64,000 bases of DNA from Candidatus Levyibacteriota bacterium (GTDB lineage: Bacteria; Patescibacteriota; Microgenomatia; Levybacterales; UBA12049), in contig CP066685.1 of the NCBI GenBank assembly GCA_016432345.1, positions 48,236 through 112,235 on the forward strand, written 5' to 3'. This document shows positions 53,438 through 63,360 of this stretch, one piece after another. Position 1 is the stretch's first letter. Each line of letters opens with the position of its first letter. The position numbers were made by a program, and so were the translations under genes. Below the pieces are notes generated by a model. It saw only the letters and a list, made by a program, of their open reading frames with translations, was not told the origin of the DNA and did no database searches.

Positions 53438-54583
53438 GTGACCCATTTTAATAAACTTCCTCTTGGACTGACATTTGATGACGTATTGCTCCTTCCTGGG
53501 TACGCAGATTTTTCCCGCTCGGATATTTCGCTTTCCACCAACATCACCAAAAAAATAAAAATCAATATCCCATTTGTTTCCTCTCCTATGGATACTGTTA
53601 CCGAAAGCAAGTTGGCTATAGCACTTGCTAGAATGGGAGGGATTGGTTTTATTCACCGCAATTTTTCAATTACTGATCAAGCAGCAGAAGTAAAAAAAGT
53701 AAAAGAGCAAAACTTGCTGGTTGGAGCGGCAATTGGGGCAGGAAAAAGTTCGGAAGAGCGCATTAAAGCATTAGTGGCAGTAGGCGTTGATGTGTTACTT
53801 GTTGATAGTGCCGATGGGTTTAAAAAACCGGTGCTCGATACCACAAGATATATAAAGCAAACGTATCCACATGTCGAAGTTATTTCGGGGAGTGTTGCAA
53901 CAGAAGAGGGTGCAGAAGCACTTATTGCTGCCGGAGCAGATAGTATTCGGGTTGGCATGGGGCCGGGGGCAATTTGCACCACACGAATTATTTCCGGTAT
54001 GGGTATCCCACAAATAACGGCAATTATAGAAACTGTTAAAGCTGCTAAAAAAAGTGGCATACCTATTATTGCTGATGGCGGTATAAAATATTCTGGAGAT
54101 ATGGCAAAAGCGTTAGCAGCCGGAGCATCTGCAGTGATGATGGGTGGATTTTTTGCTGCCTCAGAAGAAGCGCCAGGAAAAGTAATAATTCTAACACGAA
54201 GCCAGGTGCCGCATAGGTTTCAGAGCAGTCTGGATCAAGATATAGAAAAATACGAGTTTAAAGAGTATCGGGGAATGGGTTCGGTGGGGGCAATGAAAAA
54301 AGGAGCAGAGGTAAAATCAGAAGGGGAATTTCATGGAAAAAGTTATAAAGATCGAGTGTTAATAGCAGAAGGAGTTGAAGGATTAGTTCCAATTAAAGGA
54401 ACAGTACAAGATATTGTGGAACAGGCAATGGGAGGGATTAGGTCGGGTATGTATCATGTGGGAGCAAAGACGATTGCGGAGCTGTGGGAAAAAGCTAAGT
54501 TTATTCAAATTACTCAAGCATCACTTACCGAGTCTCATCCGCATGATATTTTAATTACAAATCCAGGCAAAAGCTACTCATGA
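53438..54583 (+). CDS. guaB: IMP dehydrogenase family protein lacking the CBS subdomain
   Basis: LTFDDVLLLPGYADF, IPFVSSPMDTVTE, VGMGPGAICTTR (catalytic Cys loop) and IADGGIKYSGD. At 381 aa, GMP reductase cannot be excluded. Confidence 0.8.
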   Translation: MTHFNKLPLGLTFDDVLLLPGYADFSRSDISLSTNITKKIKINIPFVSSPMDTVTESKLAIALARMGGIGFIHRNFSITDQAAEVKKVKEQNLLVGAAIGAGKSSEERIKALVAVGVDVLLVDSADGFKKPVLDTTRYIKQTYPHVEVISGSVATEEGAEALIAAGADSIRVGMGPGAICTTRIISGMGIPQITAIIETVKAAKKSGIPIIADGGIKYSGDMAKALAAGASAVMMGGFFAASEEAPGKVIILTRSQVPHRFQSSLDQDIEKYEFKEYRGMGSVGAMKKGAEVKSEGEFHGKSYKDRVLIAEGVEGLVPIKGTVQDIVEQAMGGIRSGMYHVGAKTIAELWEKAKFIQITQASLTESHPHDILITNPGKSYS

Positions 54584-56109
54584 TTTTAATTGTTGATTTT
54601 GGTTCACAAACAACCCATCTTATTGGCAGGCGAATAAAAGAGTTAGGCGCTGCGGTGCAAATTGTTACTCCCGAATCCGTTTTATCAACAATTCAAAAAG
54701 AGAAACCATCGGGTATTATTTTGTCCGGGGGTCCCTCATCAGTTTACGAAAGCGGCAGTCCAACCATAGATAAGAAAATTTTTGATCTTAAAATTCCCGT
54801 TTTGGCAATTTGCTACGGGTTTCAGTTAACAGCACATTTGTTAGGTGGTAAAGTCTTATTTGGCAGAAAAGAATATGGACCAGCCAGGCTGGAAATCTTA
54901 AATCTTAAATCTCAAATCTCAAATAGCTTACCAAAAAAGTTTACGGTCTGGATGAGTCATGGGGATGATATTGTTTTTCTGCCAAGTGGATTTATTGTTT
55001 TTGGTAGTACCGAACATGTGTCGTTTGCTTTAGCAACAGATGAAGAGAGAAAAATTTTTGGCTTGTTGTTTCACCCGGAGGTCGAGCATACAGAGTATGG
55101 CAGGCATATTTTAGCTAATTTTATCCGCATTTGTGGGAGTTCCGTCAAAGAACACAAAATTGATGTAGAACAGATTATTGCCGAAATAAAAGAAAAAGTA
55201 GGGGATAATTATGTGATTGGTGCGGTTTCGGGCGGTGTTGATTCCACAGTTGCTGGAGTATTAGCAGCCAGCGCAATAGGTGACAAATTTATTCCAGTCT
55301 ATGTTGACAATGGATTGATGCGGCAGGGGACAACAGAACATGTGAAAAAAATTTTCACAAAAACAGCTGGAATAAATCCTATAGTTATTGACGCGGTGGG
55401 GGAGACTTTGGAGAATTTACGGGGGATAGCCGACCCGGAAGAAAAAAGAAAAGTAATTGGTAATTTATATATTACAATTTTTGAGCATCAAGCGGAAAAA
55501 TTGGCAAAATCTGGTAAATCTACCAAATTTCTTATGCAAGGTACTATTTATTCGGATGTCATAGAGTCTCAAGGCAGCAAGCACGCGGCTAAGATAAAAA
55601 GCCATCATAATGTTGGCGGTTTACCCGAGCGCATGAAGTTACAACTTTTGGAACCGCTCCGAGGGTTATATAAAGACGAAGTCAGGACTCTTGGAAAAAG
55701 TTTGGGACTCCCCGATGAATTTGTGCATAAACAACCATTTCCCGGCCCAGGTTTTGCCGTACGAATTAGAGGAGAAGTTACCAAAGAGCGACTAGAGAAA
55801 GAGAAGAAGGCAGATGTAATAGTGCTTGAAGAATTAGAAAAAGCGGGGTTGCTTGCTAGTATTTTTATTTCATTTCCCGTGATGACCAATGCTTTTTCTA
55901 CAGCAGTCAAGGGAGACGGGCAGTTTTTTGGCGAAGTTATTGCTCTTCGAGTGGTTGAGTCTCAAGATGTAATGACTGCCACATGGGCCCGACTCCCCTA
56001 CGAAGTCTTGCAAAAAATTTCCTCTCGTATTGTTAATGAAGTTTCGGGAATTTCCCGCGTTGTCTACGACATTTCCACCAAACCCCCAGCCACCATGGAG
56101 TGGGAATAG
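54580..56109 (+). CDS. guaA: GMP synthase (glutamine-hydrolysing)
   Basis: GATase motifs CYGFQ and HPE, the ATP-PPase motif VSGGVDS, and the C-terminal dimerisation domain ending PPATMEWE. Confidence 0.9.
   Translation: MILIVDFGSQTTHLIGRRIKELGAAVQIVTPESVLSTIQKEKPSGIILSGGPSSVYESGSPTIDKKIFDLKIPVLAICYGFQLTAHLLGGKVLFGRKEYGPARLEILNLKSQISNSLPKKFTVWMSHGDDIVFLPSGFIVFGSTEHVSFALATDEERKIFGLLFHPEVEHTEYGRHILANFIRICGSSVKEHKIDVEQIIAEIKEKVGDNYVIGAVSGGVDSTVAGVLAASAIGDKFIPVYVDNGLMRQGTTEHVKKIFTKTAGINPIVIDAVGETLENLRGIADPEEKRKVIGNLYITIFEHQAEKLAKSGKSTKFLMQGTIYSDVIESQGSKHAAKIKSHHNVGGLPERMKLQLLEPLRGLYKDEVRTLGKSLGLPDEFVHKQPFPGPGFAVRIRGEVTKERLEKEKKADVIVLEELEKAGLLASIFISFPVMTNAFSTAVKGDGQFFGEVIALRVVESQDVMTATWARLPYEVLQKISSRIVNEVSGISRVVYDISTKPPATMEWE
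54893..54924 (+). repeat. Tandem heptanucleotide repeat (AAATCTT x2, AAATCTC x2) inside guaA
   Basis: Period-7 tract of 32 bp. Encodes LNLKSQISNS just before the conserved VWMSHGD. Confidence 0.9.
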
Positions 56110-56113
56110 ATAA

Positions 56114-57496
56114 ATGAAAACTAGTAGGCTGTTTGATGTATTTGCTTTGCTTTTTTGTTTATATTTTATTTTGGCTGGATCAATTGTTTCTGTTAATCGT
56201 TTCTGGCAGTATGATGTTTTTTATTATGATTTTGGTATATTTGACAGGGCGATTTGGCAAGTAGCGCATCTTCAAAAGCCAATTATTGACCATTTGGTAG
56301 TTTCTGGAAAGTGGATTTTTGCAGATCATTTTAGCCCTGGTATTTTCCTTTTTTCCCCTTTGTATTGGTTAACTGATAAAAGCGAGATGTTGTTGATTGC
56401 TCAAGCAGTTGTTGTAGGGATAAGCGGCTTTTTTTTATACGATCTTGGTAAGATAGTGCTTAAAAATAAATTTTTTGCGGCTAGCGTACTTTTTTCTTAC
56501 TATCTTTTTATCGGCCTGCAAAATGCAGTTATTAGTGATTTTCATGAAACAACTATTATGACATTGCCGTTTGTTTTAGTCTTTTGGGCAGCGGCAAAAA
56601 AGAAAAAGCTATGTACGTTTTTATTTTTTATTCTGATGCTTTCTTTTAAAGAAAGCGCTTTTTTAATTGGAATGGGTGTAGCGATAGCAATATTTTTTCT
56701 TCAAAAAAAATGGCAAAAATTTGCTTTTATTCTTTTTGTTACCTCACTTTTATGGGGTTTTTTAACCATACAGGTAATTATTCCCTATTTTTCTGGCGAC
56801 GGGTATCATTATAGCGAGCCAATTTTGGCTAGAAAAGATTACTTAGCAACTTTTCTTTTTGATAACACTTTAAAGCGAAACACCCTTTTTTATAGTTTTG
56901 CCAGTTTTGGATTTTTGCCTTTTTTTGCTCCTCAATTTTGGCTGCTTATTTTTCAAGATTTTTTTAGCAGGTTTTTTGCGCAGTGGTCAACAAGATGGAC
57001 TTTAGGATTGCACTATAGCGCGATACTGGCTTCGATAAATGGAGTTGCTGCTATTTATGCGCTTACTCTTTTACAGAATATAATGGCAAATCGGATGTTA
57101 AAATTTTATTGCATATTTCTAATTATAATCTCGATTATTTTATATCGTTTTGTCCTGCATGGCCCATTTGCTCTTTTTTATAACACCGCATTTTATGCTC
57201 ATACAAAAGATTTTTTGTTTCTTGACTTACTAATTAAAAAAATTCCTAAAAATGTTTCGATAATGACCCAAAACAATCTGGCTGGCCATTTTACACACCA
57301 ACAGGTATTTCTTTTGCGGGGAGATCCATTTTTCTATAAACCAGATTTTATACTTATTGATCTTAGACAGGGACAAAACCCAAATAATTTTTTTGGTGTA
57401 ATTTATCCTAAAGAGACTGTGGAAAAAATAAAAAAACACCCGCAATATATGGTAATATATCAATCCAAGGATCAATATATATTTAAGAGGAGATAA
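56114..57496 (+). CDS. DUF2079-like polytopic membrane protein
   Basis: 460 aa, many TM segments. FADHFSPGIFLFSPLYW is typical of DUF2079 (glycosyltransferase-C-like fold). Confidence 0.55.
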   Translation: MKTSRLFDVFALLFCLYFILAGSIVSVNRFWQYDVFYYDFGIFDRAIWQVAHLQKPIIDHLVVSGKWIFADHFSPGIFLFSPLYWLTDKSEMLLIAQAVVVGISGFFLYDLGKIVLKNKFFAASVLFSYYLFIGLQNAVISDFHETTIMTLPFVLVFWAAAKKKKLCTFLFFILMLSFKESAFLIGMGVAIAIFFLQKKWQKFAFILFVTSLLWGFLTIQVIIPYFSGDGYHYSEPILARKDYLATFLFDNTLKRNTLFYSFASFGFLPFFAPQFWLLIFQDFFSRFFAQWSTRWTLGLHYSAILASINGVAAIYALTLLQNIMANRMLKFYCIFLIIISIILYRFVLHGPFALFYNTAFYAHTKDFLFLDLLIKKIPKNVSIMTQNNLAGHFTHQQVFLLRGDPFFYKPDFILIDLRQGQNPNNFFGVIYPKETVEKIKKHPQYMVIYQSKDQYIFKRR

Positions 57497-57500
57497 AAGT

Positions 57501-58589
57501 TTATTTAGAATATTTTTGGATCCATTCCTCAAGGTTTTTATGGGCTTTTGTATCGGTGAATTGTTGGGGAGGAGATTTCATAAAGTACGCAGACGGCTCA
57601 ATCAGCGCGCCACTTAATTTATTATCCAGCGCTATTTTGGCACAGCGGATGGCATCTATTATCACTCCTGCCGAGTTTGGACTATCTTCAACCGAAAGCC
57701 GTACTTCTACATTCATTGGCACATCGCCAAAATGCCTGCTTTCAATTCGAATAAACGCCACTTTATTATCTTTCATCCATGGTACATAATCAGATGGACC
57801 AATATGAACATTATCATCCGCTATATCGAGATCTCTAAGCTTTAACTGTGAGGTAACAGATTGAGTTTTGGAGATTTTTTTAGATTTTAATCGACTTCGC
57901 TCCAGCATATTCAAAAAATCCGTGTTTCCCCCAACATTAAGTTGATATGTGTGATCAATCGGCATGCCTCGATCAAGGAAAAGATTCACAAGTGTTCGGT
58001 GCAGTATAGTTGCGCCAACTTGGGATTTAATATCATCGCCAATAATTGGCAGATGCTTTTCTGCAAAGCGTTTCTGCCAGTAAGGCTCACTGGCGATAAA
58101 AACAGGGATACAATTGATAAAAGCGCAGCCGGCTTCAATGACTTGTTCGACATACCATTTAGTAGCCTCTTCGCTGCCAACCGGCAGGTAGGATATAACA
58201 ATGTCGGTCTTAGTATCTTTAAGAATTTTTACCACGTTTGCGGTTTCGCCCGGGGCTTTTATAACAACATCTTTTAGGTACTCGCCAATGCCATCGTGAG
58301 TCATGCCGCGGCTAACAATAATGCCAGTTTTTTCTACTTTTGCAAACGTGGCAGTGTTATTAGGATAGGCATAAATGGCCTCCGATAGATCTTTTCCAAC
58401 TTTGGTTTTATTTACATCAAATGCCGCCACAACTTCGATATCGGAAATTTTATAACCCCCCAAAACCGTATGCATCAGCCCAACTATTTTTTGATCTTCT
58501 TTTGTATCTTTATAGTATGTAAGTCCTTGAACAAGCGATGAGGCGCAGTTCCCTACTCCAATAATAGCAATCCTGATTTTTTTATCCAT
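57501..58589 (-). CDS. Inositol-3-phosphate synthase
   Basis: IRIAIIGVGNCASSLVQGLTYY is nearly identical to the Ino1/MIPS NAD-binding N-terminus. The length of 362 aa fits the prokaryotic type. Confidence 0.85.
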   Translation of the reverse strand: MDKKIRIAIIGVGNCASSLVQGLTYYKDTKEDQKIVGLMHTVLGGYKISDIEVVAAFDVNKTKVGKDLSEAIYAYPNNTATFAKVEKTGIIVSRGMTHDGIGEYLKDVVIKAPGETANVVKILKDTKTDIVISYLPVGSEEATKWYVEQVIEAGCAFINCIPVFIASEPYWQKRFAEKHLPIIGDDIKSQVGATILHRTLVNLFLDRGMPIDHTYQLNVGGNTDFLNMLERSRLKSKKISKTQSVTSQLKLRDLDIADDNVHIGPSDYVPWMKDNKVAFIRIESRHFGDVPMNVEVRLSVEDSPNSAGVIIDAIRCAKIALDNKLSGALIEPSAYFMKSPPQQFTDTKAHKNLEEWIQKYSK

Positions 58590-58613
58590 GGAAGTTTAAT
58601 CATAACATAAAGA

Positions 58614-59708
58614 TTATCGTAAATCGAGGGTTGAGCTTTTGTAGGTAAAGTTTTTGGGTTTGATAATGACTTGTCGTTCTCCTTCTGTGATATATCCTCC
58701 ATTGATACTTTCAAAACCATTTTCTTTGACAATACTTTGTGCTTTTGCAATGTCTGCCTCGGGTAAAAATATGGCATAGTCTTGTCCCATGTTGTATGTT
58801 TGGTACATTTCAAAATCAGAAAGTTCGGCATGTTGTTGGATAAAATTAAATACTTCTTGGGGACGGAAAATATTTTCAATTGTGTAGGTAAAATTTCCCC
58901 GAGCCCGCATAACTTTTCGTACACCATGGCCGGTAATATTACTTATATAATGGATGTCTATTTCGCTATTAAGCAAATCTTGGACAAGTTTTGCATAGAT
59001 ATTTGTTTTGGTTAGTAATGCTTCTCCGTAGGGTGTTCCGTTCGATAGTTTTGTAGCATATCCCTCGGGAAGTTTTTTTGCAACTGCTCTGGCCAGTGAT
59101 AATCCATTCGCGTTTATGCCATTACTTTTTAATAGGAGAATTCTGTCTCCACTTTTTAACCTTTCTCCTCTTAGTCTTTTGTTGTCGTTTGTTATTGCTC
59201 CTATCGCTGATCCGCCTAGATCAATAGTGTCTGGAGTAATAATTCCTTTAAGTGTTGGAGTTTCTCCTCCGCCCCATGCAGTACCCGATATGTCACAAGC
59301 GTCTTTCCACCCCTTTATTAAATCTTTCATTCTTTCTTCGTCTTGAAGCCAAGAATTATCTTCAATTGCCCAATAAGCGTGAATTACAAAAGGCTTTGCA
59401 CCTACAGTTATTAGATCGTTAATTATTGTTGCAACTGTATCATGCCCAATAATATCGTAATACGTTTTATTGCTAATTTTTCTCATCTCATCCGCGACAA
59501 GATTTTTTGTTCCTAAGCCTTCAATTACAGAAGCCATAAAAGACTTATCACGAAGTTGCCATACAAATGCGGATTCACCCAAACTATCAGATATTTCTTC
59601 ATAACCTGCTTTTTTAAGATGACTAATAGTTTGTGCCGCAGCAGTCTGCGCCAGTTTTTTAATTGGGTCTTTGGTATCGTAATTGTCACCAACTTGCGCG
59701 TAGTTCAT
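58614..59708 (-). CDS. PurM-like AIR synthase family protein
   Basis: EGLGTKNLVA, IGHDTVATIINDLITVGAKP, GGGETP and MYQTYNMGQDYAIFLP parallel the E. coli PurM motifs but are divergent. Confidence 0.65.
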   Translation of the reverse strand: MNYAQVGDNYDTKDPIKKLAQTAAAQTISHLKKAGYEEISDSLGESAFVWQLRDKSFMASVIEGLGTKNLVADEMRKISNKTYYDIIGHDTVATIINDLITVGAKPFVIHAYWAIEDNSWLQDEERMKDLIKGWKDACDISGTAWGGGETPTLKGIITPDTIDLGGSAIGAITNDNKRLRGERLKSGDRILLLKSNGINANGLSLARAVAKKLPEGYATKLSNGTPYGEALLTKTNIYAKLVQDLLNSEIDIHYISNITGHGVRKVMRARGNFTYTIENIFRPQEVFNFIQQHAELSDFEMYQTYNMGQDYAIFLPEADIAKAQSIVKENGFESINGGYITEGERQVIIKPKNFTYKSSTLDLR

Positions 59709-59711
59709 ATG

Positions 59712-60506
59712 TTAAGCTTTCTGTACATAGTTTATCATGTTTTCAAAGATGGTGAGACCAGCTGGTTTTGTTATCTGCTCGCTTGCGGACATTCGGCGCC
59801 AGTTGGGGTGGTTGGTAATGTGGTTAAATTTTTCCGGATGGGGCATTAGACCTAAAATTCTGCCAGTTGGGTCACAAATGCCGGCAATGGCATTAATAGA
59901 TCCATTTGGATTTTCTGGATAATTTTGGGTTGGTTTACTGTTCGCATCGACATAGCGAAAGACAACCAAATTTTCATCCTCGATTTTTTGTATCATATCG
60001 GGTGTTGCTAAGAATTTACCTTCTCCATGATTGACAGAAACATCTGTTATTAATTCCGCATTTTTCAGAAAGACACAAGCACTTTTTTCCTGTTTTATCT
60101 TTACCCACCTGCATTGAAATAGACCAGATTCATTATTGGTTAAGGTCGCATTTATAGTGCCTATGTTTCCAAATGGTAAAAGACCTGTGAGGATAAGTAC
60201 CTGGAAGCCGTTACATATACCTATAACAAGTGTATCTTTACGTTCAACAAATTTTTTAAGTTCATCAGAAAAAAATGATATCAGCTCAACTGCTAAAATT
60301 TTCCCAGATACAATATCATCTCCGTATGCAAAACCGCCAGGGAGGGCGAGAATATTGAAGTCACGAAACTTTTTTTCTTTGTTTCGTAACTGATTAACAT
60401 GGACAATTTCGGCATTGCCGCCGCTTACATTAAATGCAAAGGCTAATTCTTCATCGCAGTTTGTCCCATCTGCTTTTAGCACTAAAACCTTTGGTTTTAT
60501 TTTCAT
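59712..60506 (-). CDS. purQ: FGAM synthase glutaminase subunit PurQ
   Basis: ALPGGFAYGDD, GICNGFQ and the HGEG triad context. Confidence 0.85.
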   Translation of the reverse strand: MKIKPKVLVLKADGTNCDEELAFAFNVSGGNAEIVHVNQLRNKEKKFRDFNILALPGGFAYGDDIVSGKILAVELISFFSDELKKFVERKDTLVIGICNGFQVLILTGLLPFGNIGTINATLTNNESGLFQCRWVKIKQEKSACVFLKNAELITDVSVNHGEGKFLATPDMIQKIEDENLVVFRYVDANSKPTQNYPENPNGSINAIAGICDPTGRILGLMPHPEKFNHITNHPNWRRMSASEQITKPAGLTIFENMINYVQKA

Positions 60507-63352
60507 CCAAAAATCTCCTTCATCGGTTTTTGCCAGACCTGTTTTAGTTTATCTACATTTGCAGCAAAAAGTGTTGTTTTATCTTGTTTGGTTGATATGA
60601 TTTTTTCTTTTTTTGTTCTCCCTAGAATTATATATGGAACATTTTTAAACAGTGCGCTAGCGATTTTTTCATTTTCCACTTCAACAACAAAACAACCAGC
60701 AGTTTCGTTAAAGAGAAAATTATCTATTTTTGTTTGACCATTTATAATTATTTCTGCGCCCATGTTCCCCCCAACGCACATTTCAAAAAGGCTAGTGATT
60801 GTTCCGCCTTCGCTAATATCGTGGCAAGAAAGGAGAGCATTTTTTTGTATAGCATGGTGAATTGCATCAAGCGTTTTGGGTAGTTGTTGTAAATTAACGT
60901 GTGGGATGCGTCCATCTCCATCAAAATATGTCGAGCCAGCCATTGCCAAAAAATCCATTGCGCCCACAAGATAAATAAGGCTACCATTTTTCTTGAAATC
61001 CGTACTCACCGTTTTTGTCACATCTTTAATTTTGCCAAATGCAGAGATGCATAAAACCGGTGGTATTTTAATAACAGTTCCATCACTCCCTTTGTAAGTT
61101 GAAGAAAGGCTGTCTTTTCCAGAAATAACAGGAATTTGTAAAGTCTTCATAAAATCGCAAACTGCATCAACAGATTTGTCAATTGACCACAATGATTCAC
61201 TATCTGGAAATGGCCAAATATAATTGTTGATAAGAGACGCATCCTTGTAATTTCCGCCAACTGCTACATAGTTAGAAATAGCTTCTGCCGCAGCCCAGAT
61301 GCTTCCCCAATAAGGGTCGATATTATTAAGAATTGGGTTTAATCCATGCGAAACAATTACTCCATATGGTTTTTCAAGGATTGGTCTAACAATAGAAGCA
61401 TCATTTGGGCCATCGAGCAATTCTCCGCTATATGGTTGCATGGCGTTGGTGCCCTGCACCGTGTGGTCATAGCGTCTGACAATTGGTTCTTTTGAGCAAA
61501 TGTTTCCATGAGAGAGGACTTTTTTAAGAATCTCTATCCATCCTCTTTCTGTTTTTGGAGCATTTTGTGTTTTGCCTGCCCGCCGAATTGGAGGAAGTTT
61601 CAAGTTTTTAGTTTTAAGTTCGCGTTTTGCATACAAAACACGTTGTGGCAGACCGTGGTGGAGAAATTCCATATCCAGGCTACAAACAGTTTCTTTGCCA
61701 AAGTAAACTTGAAGTTTTTTACTGCCGTTAAATTTTCCCAAAACCGATGATTCAACATTGTACTTTTTGCAAATCTCTAAAAATTTTTGCAGTTTATTTT
61801 TGGGAATAGCTAAAATCATTCTTTCTTGAGATTCTGCTAGCCAAATTTCCCAAGGAGACAAGCCTTTATATTTAAGCCGTTCATTTTCTAAGTGTACAGA
61901 AACACCTGTATGTTCTCCCATTTCTCCAATTGCCGAGGAAAGTCCTCCGCCGCCGCTATCTTGGATTGCTCGAATGCAATTTTTGTCTCTCGCTTCCAAA
62001 ATTGCATCAAACATCCGTTTTTCTTCGATAGCATTGCCAATTTGGACTGCTTGGGCATTAACATTTATTGTCCGTTCTGTCATTTCTGCGCTTGAAAATG
62101 TAGCGCCGTGAATGCCGTCTCGGCCAACACGGCCGCCAATACTTAAAATTACATCGCCAACTTTTGGTTGTCCTTTTTTGGCGTATTTCTTGGGCATTAT
62201 GCCGTACGCGCCAACTAACACAGTTGGTTTGGCGCGAAAGTCATCGTGGAAATGAAACGAGCCGTTGTTAGTGGGAATTCCCATGCGGTTACCGTAATCT
62301 TTGATCGCAGCAACAACTCGTTTTAAAATATAAGCAGGCGGCAGAGAACCTTTGGGTAATTTTCCTTTATCCATATCCCACGGCGCAAGACAGAAAATAT
62401 CTGTTGAAACAATTGTTTTAGCGCCCTTGCCTGTACCAACAATGTCGCGAAAAACCCCGCCGCTTCCGGTCATTGCCCCGCCATATGGTTCAATGGCAGA
62501 TGGACTGTTATGTGTTTCGCCTTTGCCGCAAATGGCATATCCATCATAAAAATCCATCACTCCAGAATTATCAACAAAAGCAGAGACAATGTGTTTATTG
62601 TGTTTTAAGGCTTCATTTTGTAAGCGTTTTATAAGTGGTTCTTTTTCCGTTCCGTCAACAATAAGTTTGGCTTTAAATGTTTTGTGTCCCGAGTGTTCGC
62701 TCCATGTTTGGGCAAGGGTTTCAAGTTCCAAATCTGTTGGGTCTCGTTTTATGTTTTGAAAATACTTTTGAATTATTTTCATTTCTTCTAAATTTAAAAA
62801 AAGCTTATCGTGGGAAAGATTTAACATTTCCTGGTCGGTCATATCTTGAAGAGGAATAATGGTTGTTTTACCCACAACGCCTTTAATTAAAAGTGTGTCT
62901 GGTTTTTTTCCGACAATGTGTTCAATAAGTGGATTAAAAAGTTTTAGTTTTTCCGCAATTTCAATTGCTTTTTGTCTATTGGTATTACCGTAAAATCCAT
63001 ACTCCCAAGACGAATCAGCGGCTTTAAGTTTTATTCCTAAATTATCTGCGGCCTTTGTGATTGATGCAATTTCGGGGTTCATGACACCTGGCTTATAAGC
63101 TATTTCAATAATTTGGCTGGCATTTTTTAATATTGATTTATTAAGAGTATATGTTTGGTTGATTGGTTCACTAAATAATTTTTCTGCAAGAACTGTCGCT
63201 TCTTTTTCGCTTATGCCTTCAAGTCTATAGACGCGTGCTGTTTTGACCGAAGCAACTTGTTTATTTTTTAGAATATTTAAGATGTCGTGTAGAATTGTTT
63301 CCCCTGGTAGGTCTTTACCAATAATTGTTTGTACTCGAACTGTTTGTATCAT
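60503..63352 (-). CDS. purL: FGAM synthase subunit PurL with N-terminal PurS-like extension
   Basis: 949 aa. HNSPSAIEPYGGA, duplicated AIR-synthase-like domains, and an N-terminal PurS-like segment of about 80 aa. Confidence 0.9.
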   Translation of the reverse strand: MIQTVRVQTIIGKDLPGETILHDILNILKNKQVASVKTARVYRLEGISEKEATVLAEKLFSEPINQTYTLNKSILKNASQIIEIAYKPGVMNPEIASITKAADNLGIKLKAADSSWEYGFYGNTNRQKAIEIAEKLKLFNPLIEHIVGKKPDTLLIKGVVGKTTIIPLQDMTDQEMLNLSHDKLFLNLEEMKIIQKYFQNIKRDPTDLELETLAQTWSEHSGHKTFKAKLIVDGTEKEPLIKRLQNEALKHNKHIVSAFVDNSGVMDFYDGYAICGKGETHNSPSAIEPYGGAMTGSGGVFRDIVGTGKGAKTIVSTDIFCLAPWDMDKGKLPKGSLPPAYILKRVVAAIKDYGNRMGIPTNNGSFHFHDDFRAKPTVLVGAYGIMPKKYAKKGQPKVGDVILSIGGRVGRDGIHGATFSSAEMTERTINVNAQAVQIGNAIEEKRMFDAILEARDKNCIRAIQDSGGGGLSSAIGEMGEHTGVSVHLENERLKYKGLSPWEIWLAESQERMILAIPKNKLQKFLEICKKYNVESSVLGKFNGSKKLQVYFGKETVCSLDMEFLHHGLPQRVLYAKRELKTKNLKLPPIRRAGKTQNAPKTERGWIEILKKVLSHGNICSKEPIVRRYDHTVQGTNAMQPYSGELLDGPNDASIVRPILEKPYGVIVSHGLNPILNNIDPYWGSIWAAAEAISNYVAVGGNYKDASLINNYIWPFPDSESLWSIDKSVDAVCDFMKTLQIPVISGKDSLSSTYKGSDGTVIKIPPVLCISAFGKIKDVTKTVSTDFKKNGSLIYLVGAMDFLAMAGSTYFDGDGRIPHVNLQQLPKTLDAIHHAIQKNALLSCHDISEGGTITSLFEMCVGGNMGAEIIINGQTKIDNFLFNETAGCFVVEVENEKIASALFKNVPYIILGRTKKEKIISTKQDKTTLFAANVDKLKQVWQKPMKEIFG

Positions 63353-63360
63353 GATTCACT

